DNA of 35,788 bases, taken from NCBI GenBank assembly GCA_002771585.1, contig PCTT01000027.1, positions 1 to 35,788 of the forward strand, read 5' to 3'. Each line of letters opens with the position of its first letter. Positions within the stretch are counted from its first letter, which is position 1. Source of the DNA: Candidatus Campbellbacteria bacterium CG22_combo_CG10-13_8_21_14_all_36_13 (GTDB lineage: Bacteria > Patescibacteriota > Minisyncoccia > Phycocordibacterales > PCTT01). Shown piece after piece: positions 17,045-27,107 of this stretch. Made by a program: the position numbers and the translations under genes. Below the pieces are notes generated by a model, which saw nothing but the letters and a program-made list of their open reading frames with translations, had not been told where the DNA came from and searched no databases.

Positions 17045-17212
17045 TTATAATTTTTTATTCCCACTCTTTACAATTTTCACGACACCAGTGATTGCCAGTA
17101 TAAGCCCTAGTCCCTGTGCTCCGGGGCTATCATCAAATTCACCAAAAACCACCATAAAAATACCAAACAATATTGTCAAAATATATAATGTTATTTTGAT
17201 TTTTTTATTCAT
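17045..17212 (-). CDS. Possible 55-aa small membrane protein (MNKKIKITLYILTILFGIFMVVFGEFDDSPGAQGLGLILAITGVVKIVKSGNKKL)
   Basis: Hand-translated ORF below the track cutoff. Two hydrophobic segments with a basic N-terminus. No other support. Confidence 0.3.
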   Translation of the reverse strand: MNKKIKITLYILTILFGIFMVVFGEFDDSPGAQGLGLILAITGVVKIVKSGNKKL

Positions 17213-17346
17213 AAAAAATATTATTTAGTCTTGTGTACTAAAAAATTCAAAACCTACCTACCTTTTCCCGCCTTAATGATGTGTGTTAGATAGAGTTCAA
17301 ACGTATTGCGGACAAAAACCGTTCTCATAAATCAGTGCGGTGTTTT

Positions 17347-17397
17347 TGGAGACGAGGTTCGAACTCGTGGTGATTTGACTCACACACACTTTCTCCC
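17347..17397 (-). other. tRNA-like remnant: canonical T-arm (ACGAG TTCGAAC CTCGT) and short acceptor-like pairing, no D-arm
   Basis: Minus strand: GGGAGAAAGTGTGTGTGAGTCAAATCACCACGAGTTCGAACCTCGTCTCCA. An outer GTGCGG/CCGCAC pairing (17335-17340 / 17396-17401) is possible. No full cloverleaf can be drawn. Confidence 0.3.
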
Positions 17398-17405
17398 GCA
17401 CAAAG

Positions 17406-17490
17406 CGGAGGCGGCGAGATTCGAACTCGCGATACCTTGCGGTATGCCACCTTTCCAAGGTGGTGGAATAAACCACTATCCGACGCCTCC
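17406..17490 (-). tRNA. tRNA-Ser(GGA), 85 nt, class II with long variable arm, no encoded CCA
   Basis: Hand fold: GGAGGCG TC GGAT AGTGGTTTA TTCC A CCACC TTGGAAA GGTGG C-ATACC-GCAA-GGTAT-C GCGAG TTCGAAT CTCGC CGCCTCC G. Confidence 0.85.
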
Positions 17491-17598
17491 GCTTTGTGAA
17501 GGGATTACAATTTACAAACAATCGCTTCGATCCTTGTGTAAATTAGGAACAATATCGCGCCTTAAAGCGCTCAGTCACTCTTTCGTATTTATAAAAAT

Positions 17599-18480
17599 CT
17601 ACTCAATACCTCTTAATTTTGCAATTCTATCTTCTATTGGAGGGTGTGTCATAAATAATTTAGAAAACCCTTTTTTAACTTTTGGACCAAATGGGTTGGA
17701 GATAAAGAGATGTGCGGTTGCTTTATTTGCGTGTCTCATCTGACCCTTATATGAACCAAGCTTCTCCAGAGCACTTGCTAGACCTTCTGGATATCGTGTA
17801 AGAAGTGCTCCCGTGGCATCTGCTAAAAACTCACGTTTCCTGGATACCGCAAGTTGAATAATTTGAGAGAATATTGGAGAAAGGATGATCAGTACAATAC
17901 CCACAATCATCAACGCTCCTCCACCCTTGTTATTATCGCCACCACGCAATCCTCCATGAATCAAAATATCAGCTAAAATAGAAAGAAATCCAACCAAAAT
18001 AACAATAATAGTCATAAGAAGAATATCTCTATTACCTATGTGTGCAAGTTCATGAGCAATTACCCCATCAAGCTCATTTCTATCCATCATATCAAGTAAT
18101 CCACTAGATACTGCAATCGCAGCATGGTCTTTATCTCTACCTGTAGCAAAAGCATTGGGTGCAGGATCGGGAATAATGAAAACCTTTGGCATTGGTAGTC
18201 CTGCCGTAATAGAAAGATTTTCAACACTATTCCAAAGCTCTCTATGACTCTCTCTTGTTATTTGATGTCCCCTATACATCTTCAAGACTATTTTGTCTGA
18301 ATTGTAGTAGCTAAAAATATTCATTCCTACGCTAAATATAATTGCAAAAATGAAAATGCCTGGCGAATTAAAATAATAACTCACAAACCACCCAATACCC
18401 ACCACAACCACCAAAAACACGGACATTAGTAGCCATGTTTTTCGAACATTACTATCTTGATGAGTATAAAGATTAGTCAT
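17599..18480 (-). CDS. htpX: Zinc metalloprotease HtpX (peptidase M48)
   Basis: 293 aa with HELAHIGNRD (HExxH), 4 TM segments, and the C-terminal motif THPPIEDRI. Confidence 0.9.
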   Translation of the reverse strand: MTNLYTHQDSNVRKTWLLMSVFLVVVVGIGWFVSYYFNSPGIFIFAIIFSVGMNIFSYYNSDKIVLKMYRGHQITRESHRELWNSVENLSITAGLPMPKVFIIPDPAPNAFATGRDKDHAAIAVSSGLLDMMDRNELDGVIAHELAHIGNRDILLMTIIVILVGFLSILADILIHGGLRGGDNNKGGGALMIVGIVLIILSPIFSQIIQLAVSRKREFLADATGALLTRYPEGLASALEKLGSYKGQMRHANKATAHLFISNPFGPKVKKGFSKLFMTHPPIEDRIAKLRGIE

Positions 18481-18483
18481 TGT

Positions 18484-19041
18484 TTAGAATTTAACTTCTG
18501 TGTTTTCCTTTTGTTCACTTCCCGCCTCAAGCTCAAAAAACTCTTTCTTGGTAAAACCAAACATTCCAGCAAACACATTTGAAGGGAATGTTTCTACCGC
18601 AATATTGAGATCGCGGACATTGGTATTGTAAAACCTGCGTGATGCTTGAATTTTGTTTTCTGTATCAGAAAGCTCTCTTTGTAATTCAAGAAAGTTTTGG
18701 TTTGCTTTTAGCTCTGGATAAGCTTCTGATATAGCAAATATTGATTTAAGAGCTCCTGCAAGCATATTTTCAGCCTGTCCCTTCTCTGCTACAGACCCAG
18801 CACCCATTGCTTTTGCCCTTGCTTCTGAAACATTTTCAAATGCAGCACTCTCGTGTGTAGTATATCCCTTCACGGTATTTACCAAGTTTGGGATAAGGTC
18901 ATAACGTCTTTTCAACTGAACATCTATGTCTGCCCACGCTTCACTAGTGCGAGTTCTTAATCTTACTAATTTATTGTATATACCAACAGCAAAAAGTACC
19001 AAAAGTACAACTGCCCCCAAAATTATGTATGTTAAGTTCAT
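18484..19041 (-). CDS. lemA: LemA family protein
   Basis: 185 aa with an N-terminal TM. RRYDLIPNLVNTVKGY...RRFYNTNVRDLN is the LemA signature. It sits immediately upstream of htpX, a common pairing. Confidence 0.9.
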   Translation of the reverse strand: MNLTYIILGAVVLLVLFAVGIYNKLVRLRTRTSEAWADIDVQLKRRYDLIPNLVNTVKGYTTHESAAFENVSEARAKAMGAGSVAEKGQAENMLAGALKSIFAISEAYPELKANQNFLELQRELSDTENKIQASRRFYNTNVRDLNIAVETFPSNVFAGMFGFTKKEFFELEAGSEQKENTEVKF

Positions 19042-19119
19042 ATTAATGTTGTTAATTTTATAAATTGTCTTAGAAAGCCTTTAACAATAACATTATTATA
19101 TTGCTAAAATGCGAAAATG

Positions 19120-19152
19120 AAAAGCCCGGCGCCTAGAGGCGCCGGGCTTTTC
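19120..19152 (-). terminator. Intrinsic terminator of groEL
   Basis: GCCCGGCGCC-taga-GGCGCCGGGC is a perfect 10-bp GC stem. It is followed on the minus strand by TTTTCATTTT. Confidence 0.85.
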
Positions 19153-19184
19153 TATTTTACTATGTGACTAATTTTCTAATATGA

Positions 19185-20994
<1,810 letters not shown>

Positions 20995-21300
20995 TTAATT
21001 AACGACTCCCAATATATTCCCCTCACTCACCAAGTGATATTCTTCACCATCAATCACTATATCGTCTCCCCAACTAAAAAGGACAGACTGCCCTACTTTA
21101 ACTGATAGTGGCACTAATTTACCGTCAATATATTTCCCCTCACCAACGGCAATCACTTTGCCTTCTTTTGCCCCGCGGTCTTCCTTAACTGTTTCTGGAA
21201 TTATAATTCCACTTTTAGTCTTTTTTTCTGAGGTTTTAAGACTATTTTGTATCAACACCCTATCTCCTAAAGGTGTTATCTTTGTGTTTTTTGTCGCCAT
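20995..21300 (-). CDS. groS: Co-chaperonin GroES (Cpn10)
   Basis: 101 aa. ITPLGDRVLIQ...KTKSGIIIPETVKE...GKVIAVGEG. Confidence 0.95.
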   Translation of the reverse strand: MATKNTKITPLGDRVLIQNSLKTSEKKTKSGIIIPETVKEDRGAKEGKVIAVGEGKYIDGKLVPLSVKVGQSVLFSWGDDIVIDGEEYHLVSEGNILGVVN

Positions 21301-21369
21301 AATTAATAAATAATTAAGCTTATAATGTAATATAAAGCGCTGATATTATAGATATACGATAAAAAAGTG

Positions 21370-22386
21370 TCAACGATTTTTTCTTTTTTCTACTATATTT
21401 TGTGGAGTGCCTTTTGAAAAAGCATTTATATTTTCCACAGTGGTCTCAAGTATACGCTCTATTGCCTCATTTGTGTTAAATGCATTATGCGGAGTAATAA
21501 TGACATTTGGATGATCTATTAGATAATGGTTCTCAAGCAATGTTTTTAACACAGTTTCGTTTGGATGAGATTCACCAAAAGCAAGCATGTGATCAAACAT
21601 TGGACCTTCTTCCTCTAGAACATCCAAACCCGCGCCAGCAATAATACCCTCCTTTAGTCCATACACAAGCGCATCTGTCTCTACTACAGCACCTCTTGAT
21701 GTATTTATGATATATGAACCTTTTTTGAAGTTCTTTATATTATCTTTATTTATTAAATGATGTGTGTGTGGATTATAAGGAACATGAAACGTCACAATGT
21801 CAGAAGACGCAAAAAGTTCTTCTAATTCAACATATTCAAATCCATATTCTTTTTTAAACTCTTCATCTTTATTTATATCAAAAGAAAGTATTTTCATTCC
21901 AAAACCGTGCGCCATCTTTATTACGTATCTACCAATATGCCCGGTGCCGACAACACCAATGGTCTTGCCCATTAGATCAAAACCTCTTAGCCCAACCTGA
22001 GAAAAAGACCCTTCACTTCTAACGCGATCATATGATTCATACATCTTTCTAGATAAATTCAGTATCAAAGCAAATGCAAGCTCTGCAACAGTATTTTCTC
22101 CATATGTAGGAATATTAGACACGATAATGCCACGCTTCTTTGCCTCATCAAGATCTATGTGGTCAAAACCAGTAGATCTGGTTGCGATAAATTTTAGGTT
22201 TGGCATCAAGTCCATCTCTTTCGCCCCAACATTAGACTTAACAAAAACAGACAAAACTTCTGCATCAGACTTCCACCCAGAGTGGTCATTCATTGGCTCT
22301 GGTAAAAATTCTATATTATTGTCTTTTAGATTTTTCTCTAAATAATCTTTTTCAACCAAGTCGTTATAAAAGCATGCAATTTTCAT
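21370..22386 (-). CDS. D-isomer-specific 2-hydroxyacid dehydrogenase (D-lactate dehydrogenase-like), NAD-binding
   Basis: 338 aa. GVVGTGHIGRYV Rossmann motif, SRGAVVETDAL, and the catalytic-region motif ITPHNAF. Confidence 0.8.
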   Translation of the reverse strand: MKIACFYNDLVEKDYLEKNLKDNNIEFLPEPMNDHSGWKSDAEVLSVFVKSNVGAKEMDLMPNLKFIATRSTGFDHIDLDEAKKRGIIVSNIPTYGENTVAELAFALILNLSRKMYESYDRVRSEGSFSQVGLRGFDLMGKTIGVVGTGHIGRYVIKMAHGFGMKILSFDINKDEEFKKEYGFEYVELEELFASSDIVTFHVPYNPHTHHLINKDNIKNFKKGSYIINTSRGAVVETDALVYGLKEGIIAGAGLDVLEEEGPMFDHMLAFGESHPNETVLKTLLENHYLIDHPNVIITPHNAFNTNEAIERILETTVENINAFSKGTPQNIVEKRKNR

Positions 22387-22454
22387 ATAAATAAGTTCGT
22401 AAAGTTTATAAAGTCAAAAGTCCCTAAAGTAAAAATTTTTCCATGTATCAAATA

Positions 22455-22478
22455 AATATTACGATATATCGTAATATT
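22455..22478. repeat. Perfect 24-bp palindrome AATATTACGATATATCGTAATATT in a divergent promoter region (candidate operator)
   Basis: Self-complementary by inspection. The 18-bp core recurs at 35604-35621. Confidence 0.9.
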
Positions 22479-22485
22479 ATAGAAT

Positions 22486-22520
22486 TAGTAATTCTTAATT
22501 CTTAATTCTTAATTCTTAAA
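22486..22520. repeat. Tandem heptamer repeat (TTCTTAA) x4-5
   Basis: Direct reading. Related ATTC(C/T)TAATTCATAATTC arrays lie at 27050-27106 and 29489-29526. Confidence 0.9.
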
Positions 22521-22621
22521 CCAATTATATCAACAAAAGCCGATTTATACCAAAAACTCGTCCATTCTGTTTCAACTTTATGGGCTTTTAACTTTGTACT
22601 TTATAGACTTTATGGACTTTA

Positions 22622-22677
22622 CCTGTCTGCCGCCTGCCTGCCCTGCCTACCGGCAGGCAGGCGGCAGGCGGGACAGG
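22622..22677. repeat. GC-rich 21-bp-stem hairpin inserted in a GACTTTAT repeat array, flanked by the direct repeat GGACTTTA
   Basis: CCTGTC+TGCCGCCTGCCTGCC / GGCAGGCAGGCGGCA+(GGCGG bulge)+GACAGG. Direct repeats at 22614-22621 and 22683-22690. Confidence 0.85.
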
Positions 22678-22719
22678 CATGTGGACTTTATGGACTACTT
22701 TTGCTATACTGTTTGTCAC

Positions 22720-22953
22720 ATGGAATTCTTGAAAGAGATATTGCCCTATGTGCAGCTAGCCCTTGGGTTTCTGGTCGTTGTAGGTGTTTTATTACAACAA
22801 TCAGACGCCTCAATCGGTTCAGTTTTTGGCGGAGGAAATGATGCCGGAGGTATAGCACACACAAGGAGGGGTGCAGAAAAAATAATATTTAATGGAACCG
22901 TTGTGGTTTCAATTCTTTTTGTGTTTTCAGTGATCTTTGGGTTATTAGCATAA
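22720..22953 (+). CDS. secG: Preprotein translocase subunit SecG
   Basis: 77 aa from the internal ATG at 22720, with two TM segments. VGVLLQQSDASIGSVFGGG is the SecG signature. The upstream part of the tracked ORF runs through the repeat and hairpin region. Confidence 0.8.
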   Translation: MEFLKEILPYVQLALGFLVVVGVLLQQSDASIGSVFGGGNDAGGIAHTRRGAEKIIFNGTVVVSILFVFSVIFGLLA

Positions 22954-22977
22954 CGCTCACTGTAACACCTTAATTTT

Positions 22978-24762
22978 GTGAACTTCTCAAAAGAAACATT
23001 TTTGAAGCGTTTTGAAATAAAAGGCGCAAATACATTAGAGGAAACTCTACACAAGATGACTATGGGAGAAAAAGTTTTGTTCTTTTTCTTTGTTTTTTTG
23101 CTTATGTTTTCTGTAATCTCAATGATGGGCAAAATAAACAAATATATTACAGCCGAGGTTCCAACAGAAGGAGGAGAAATGAATGAGGGTGTTATAGGTT
23201 TTCCAAGGTTTATTAACCCCCTACTTGTAAGTTCTGATGCAGACAGAGACCTAGTAGCACTTGTTTATTCTGGTCTAATGAAAGCAGATTCTTCTGGCAA
23301 TTTGATTCCTGATTTAGCGGAAAACTATTATGTATCAGATGATGGACTAGAATATAGATTCATTATAAAAAGCACTGCGCAATTCCACGATGGCACCCCT
23401 GTTACAGCAGATGACGTAATATTTACTATAAACAAAACCAGAGATCCTTTAATAAAAAGTACAAAACGTCCAAATTGGGAGGGTGTTAATGTTGAAAAAA
23501 TAAGCGACAAAGAAATACTTTTCACTCTTAAACATGCGTATTCACCATTTTTAGAAAACACAACAATAGGAATACTACCAAAACATATCTGGGGAAACAT
23601 AGACTCTGAACAATTTGCCTTTTCAAGTTTTAATATAGACGCAATAGGGTCTGGTCCATATATGATAGAAGCTGTAAAAAGAAATTCATCTGGAATACCA
23701 GAGTCTTACAAACTAAAAAGTTTTAAATATTATACTTTGGGCAAACCGCACATAACCAATATAACCTTAAATTTCTTTTCAAATGAAGATTCATTGATTA
23801 GTGCATTCAGAAGCGGAAAGATTAACGCAGTAAACGGCATATCAACAGACACAGCAAAAACATTGAGCAATAATGGTTACCGGGTTGAACAATCTCCGTT
23901 GCCAAGAATTTTTGGTGTATTTCTAAATCAAAATCAAGCAACTATATTTACAGACATAAGCGTAAGAAAAGCGCTTGCAACGGCTATAGACAGAAAATTG
24001 ATTATCAATGAAATACTTAATGGATACGGCACACCAATTACAAGCCCTATTCCAGGATATGCACTCAACCAATCTCTGGCCGGTGAAGGTGTTTATGTTA
24101 AAATTAATGATAATTCTATAAAGTCTGGACCAATACAAAAAGCAGAAGAAATACTAGAAAACGCCGGCTGGAAATTAAATGCAGACACAGGTATAAGAGA
24201 GAAAAAAATAAAAGGCGGTAGCCAAGAGTTAGTTTTCACCGTTGCAACATCAAACGCTGCAGAGCTCAAGGCCGTAGCAGAAATGATTAAGCGTTCGTGG
24301 GAATCTATTGGGGCAAAAGTAAATATAGAGCTATATGAAATTGGAACCCTAAATCAAGAGGTTATAAGACCAAGAAAATATGATGCTCTGCTTTTTGGAG
24401 AAATAATTGGTAGAGAGATGGATTTGTTTGCGTTTTGGCATTCTTCCCAAAGAAATGATCCTGGATTAAATGTGGCGCTTTATGCAAACATAACCGCAGA
24501 CAAGATGTTGGAAAAGATAAGATTGACTGATGATAAGGAGACAAGAGCAGAAAGTTTTGAAATATTTGAAGAAGAAATACAAAAAGACATACCTGCAATA
24601 TTTTTGTATTCACCAGATTTTATATACGCAATACCAAAACACATAAAAGGAGTTATGCTTGGAACAATAACAACTCCTTCTGAGAGATTTCTTGAGGTGC
24701 ATAATTGGTATATAAACACAGAGCGTGTGTGGAAATTTCTAACAAAAGATAACTCTCTGTAA
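22978..24762 (+). CDS. ABC transporter substrate-binding protein, family 5 (peptide/nickel type), membrane-anchored
   Basis: 594 aa with an N-terminal TM anchor. The SBP_bac_5-like core includes YRFIIKSTAQFHDGTPVTADDVIFT. The start is uncertain (GTG 22978 or ATG 23056). Confidence 0.75.
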   Translation: MNFSKETFLKRFEIKGANTLEETLHKMTMGEKVLFFFFVFLLMFSVISMMGKINKYITAEVPTEGGEMNEGVIGFPRFINPLLVSSDADRDLVALVYSGLMKADSSGNLIPDLAENYYVSDDGLEYRFIIKSTAQFHDGTPVTADDVIFTINKTRDPLIKSTKRPNWEGVNVEKISDKEILFTLKHAYSPFLENTTIGILPKHIWGNIDSEQFAFSSFNIDAIGSGPYMIEAVKRNSSGIPESYKLKSFKYYTLGKPHITNITLNFFSNEDSLISAFRSGKINAVNGISTDTAKTLSNNGYRVEQSPLPRIFGVFLNQNQATIFTDISVRKALATAIDRKLIINEILNGYGTPITSPIPGYALNQSLAGEGVYVKINDNSIKSGPIQKAEEILENAGWKLNADTGIREKKIKGGSQELVFTVATSNAAELKAVAEMIKRSWESIGAKVNIELYEIGTLNQEVIRPRKYDALLFGEIIGREMDLFAFWHSSQRNDPGLNVALYANITADKMLEKIRLTDDKETRAESFEIFEEEIQKDIPAIFLYSPDFIYAIPKHIKGVMLGTITTPSERFLEVHNWYINTERVWKFLTKDNSL

Positions 24763-24900
24763 AAAACAAAATTAATTAAAAAACATATAAACCTAAAAAT
24801 ATTACAACATTGCTAATAAAACACGAAAGTCTAATAAAAAACCACTTTCGTAATAAAAAAGCTTTTTGTAATAAAAATTAATAATTACAAATAAACAATC

Positions 24901-26883
24901 ATGGTAGTAAATAAAAAAACCTCCTCCTTTTCTAGTTCAAATAATCAAAACCACAGAAGAAGGCGCAGACCTGTAATACAAACATATATGAGTGATTCTA
25001 TAAAAAAACCAGAATCTAGAGTTGATTCTTTCAAATCAACAGCGCCAACACAACAGATAAAAAAGGTTGGTTCTGTTTCTAGACGAGGTAATACAAAAAA
25101 CAAAACACACAGCAATTCATCCAAAAGAAAAACAAATACAAGAACTGTTCAAAAGCGAAACGGTGAGCAGGTTAATAAAAAAAGGGAAATACCGATTCAT
25201 CCAGCTGGTGACAATATAAGAATCATACCTCTCGGCGGTGTAGAGGAAATTGGTAAAAATATGTACATAATGGAGTACCAAGATGACATAATCGTAATGG
25301 ACTGTGGTTTTGCATTCAAGAGTGAGGAGACACCGGGAGTAGACTACATACTGCCAAACACCGAATACCTAGAGAAAAGAAAAGAAAAAATAAAAGGTGT
25401 AATAATTACACACGGACACCTAGACCACATAGGAGGCCTTCCCTATGTGATGCACAGAATTGGTAATCCTCCTGTTTACTCTAGAAATCTCACCACAATA
25501 ATGATACAGAAAAAGTATGAGGAATTTAAAGATCTGGAACCCCTAGACCTAAGGGTCGTCGAAAATGATAGCCGTATAAGTCTAGGAAAACTTAAAGTAA
25601 AATTCTTTGGTGTTACACACACAATACCAGATTCTATGGGTGTAATAATAGAAACCCCTTTTGGAAGCATAGTAAACCCAGGAGATTTTAAATTATCACA
25701 CGTAGACGGCAAACCAATTGATGAAGAGGAAGATGCTTACAAAGTATTTGATACTGAAAAAGTATTGTTCTTAATGAGCGACTCTACAAACGTAGAAAAC
25801 CCAGGATTTTCTACACCAGAACACGTTGTAAAAGAAGGTCTAGATAAAGTAATAAAAGAAACCAAAACACGACTAATTATTGGCACCTTCGCGTCTCAAA
25901 TGGAACGAATGATAGGTATTATAAATTCGATAGAAAAATACAACAAAAAACTTGCTGTGGAAGGAAGGAGTATGAAAATCAATATAGAGATAGCAAAACT
26001 GGCCGGTATACTTTCTATGAAACCAGACACACTAATTCCATCAGAAGACATAGAGAAATATCCACCAGACAGAGTTGTAGTACTTGCCACTGGCGCACAA
26101 GGTGAAGAATTTGCAGCTCTTATGCGAATGGCAAGCAAAAATCACAAGTATATAAAAATGAGTGAGAGAGATACGGTTTTACTTTCCTCGTCTGTAATAC
26201 CAGGAAACGAGAATTCTGTACAAAAACTAAAAGACAACATAGCACGCAACGGCGCAAAAATAATTCATTATAGAACTTCAGAAATATTCATACACGGAAG
26301 TGGTCATGGCAACAGAGAAGAAATCAAATGGCTACATAAAAAAATAAAACCAAAATTCTTTATGCCAATCCACGGAACACATTATATGCTACGAATGCAT
26401 GCACAATTGGCAGAAGAGCTGGGTATGCCAAAAGAAAACATCGTGGTGCCAGACAATGGAACCATAGTAGAAATTCAAGACGGCGGTAATAAGCTAGTAA
26501 GACTTGATCTCCAGGCTCCGTCAGACATAGTTGCTGTAGATGGTTTCTCTATTGGAAACATGCAAGATGTTGTTATAAGAGATAGACAGCTATTGTCTGA
26601 GGATGGAATATTCATCATAGTTGTTGCACTAAATACAAGAACTGGAAAACTAAGAAAATCTCCAGATATTATCTCTCGAGGTTTTGTTTATCTACGAGAA
26701 TCACAAAACTTATTACAAGAATCGAGGGTGTTGATAAAGAAAACAGTAGAAGATGCAACAAGATCAATGAATCCTGTCAACTTTGATATCATAAAAGCAG
26801 AAATTACTGACCAAGTGAGAAAATTCTTATTACAAAAAACAGACAAGAAGCCTGTCGTAATTCCTGTTATACTGGGGATATAA
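24901..26883 (+). CDS. rnj: Ribonuclease J (metallo-beta-lactamase/beta-CASP) with a ~100-aa basic low-complexity N-terminal extension
   Basis: 660 aa. IITHGHLDHIGG (HxHxDH), beta-CASP region, and the C-terminal domain typical of RNase J. Confidence 0.9.
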   Translation: MVVNKKTSSFSSSNNQNHRRRRRPVIQTYMSDSIKKPESRVDSFKSTAPTQQIKKVGSVSRRGNTKNKTHSNSSKRKTNTRTVQKRNGEQVNKKREIPIHPAGDNIRIIPLGGVEEIGKNMYIMEYQDDIIVMDCGFAFKSEETPGVDYILPNTEYLEKRKEKIKGVIITHGHLDHIGGLPYVMHRIGNPPVYSRNLTTIMIQKKYEEFKDLEPLDLRVVENDSRISLGKLKVKFFGVTHTIPDSMGVIIETPFGSIVNPGDFKLSHVDGKPIDEEEDAYKVFDTEKVLFLMSDSTNVENPGFSTPEHVVKEGLDKVIKETKTRLIIGTFASQMERMIGIINSIEKYNKKLAVEGRSMKINIEIAKLAGILSMKPDTLIPSEDIEKYPPDRVVVLATGAQGEEFAALMRMASKNHKYIKMSERDTVLLSSSVIPGNENSVQKLKDNIARNGAKIIHYRTSEIFIHGSGHGNREEIKWLHKKIKPKFFMPIHGTHYMLRMHAQLAEELGMPKENIVVPDNGTIVEIQDGGNKLVRLDLQAPSDIVAVDGFSIGNMQDVVIRDRQLLSEDGIFIIVVALNTRTGKLRKSPDIISRGFVYLRESQNLLQESRVLIKKTVEDATRSMNPVNFDIIKAEITDQVRKFLLQKTDKKPVVIPVILGI

Positions 26884-26917
26884 CTTAAGGTATAGGGTTT
26901 AGGGTATAGGACGCTAT

Positions 26918-27106
26918 GAATTTTCAATTTTCAAACAATTTCCAATGAAATAATTTTTAATGTAGTTTAAGATTTAGATATTTGTTCGCCGGCTGGCGAA
27001 TTTGATATTGTTTAGGGTTTCGTGCTTCGGATTTCGAATTTCGTTGATATTCCTAATTCATAATTCTAAACAAAATATTCTTAATTCTTAATTCATAATT
27101 CAGAAC
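26918..27106. repeat. Composite intergenic repeat, copy A: AATTTTC heptads, TTTAGATATT, GC palindrome TTCGCCGGCTGGCGAA, core TTTGATATTG..GTGCTTCGGATTTC, ATTCNTA heptads
   Basis: Collinear with copy B at 29372-29526 in the same orientation. Confidence 0.85.
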
Positions 27107-27107
27107 A

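Noticed and set aside
17347-17397. Possible tRNA-Sec or opal-suppressor tRNA because of a G-TCA-AA loop
   Set aside because: There is no D-arm, the acceptor pairing is only 4-6 bp, and the loop has 6 rather than 7 nt. All genes in the window read well with standard stops, so there is no sign of recoding.
21301-21369. CIRCE/HrcA operator upstream of groES
   Set aside because: No TTAGCACTC-N9-GAGTGCTAA-like inverted repeat is present in the upstream region.
22486-22520. CRISPR array among the short tandem repeats (also 26918-27106, 29372-29526 and 30926-31041)
   Set aside because: The repeat units are 7-10 nt and contiguous with no 25-40-nt unique spacers, and there are no cas genes.
22594-22719. 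N-terminal extension of the secG ORF (start at 22594)
   Set aside because: The extension is read through the GACTTTAT repeats and the GC-rich hairpin. The internal ATG at 22720 gives a normal 77-aa SecG.
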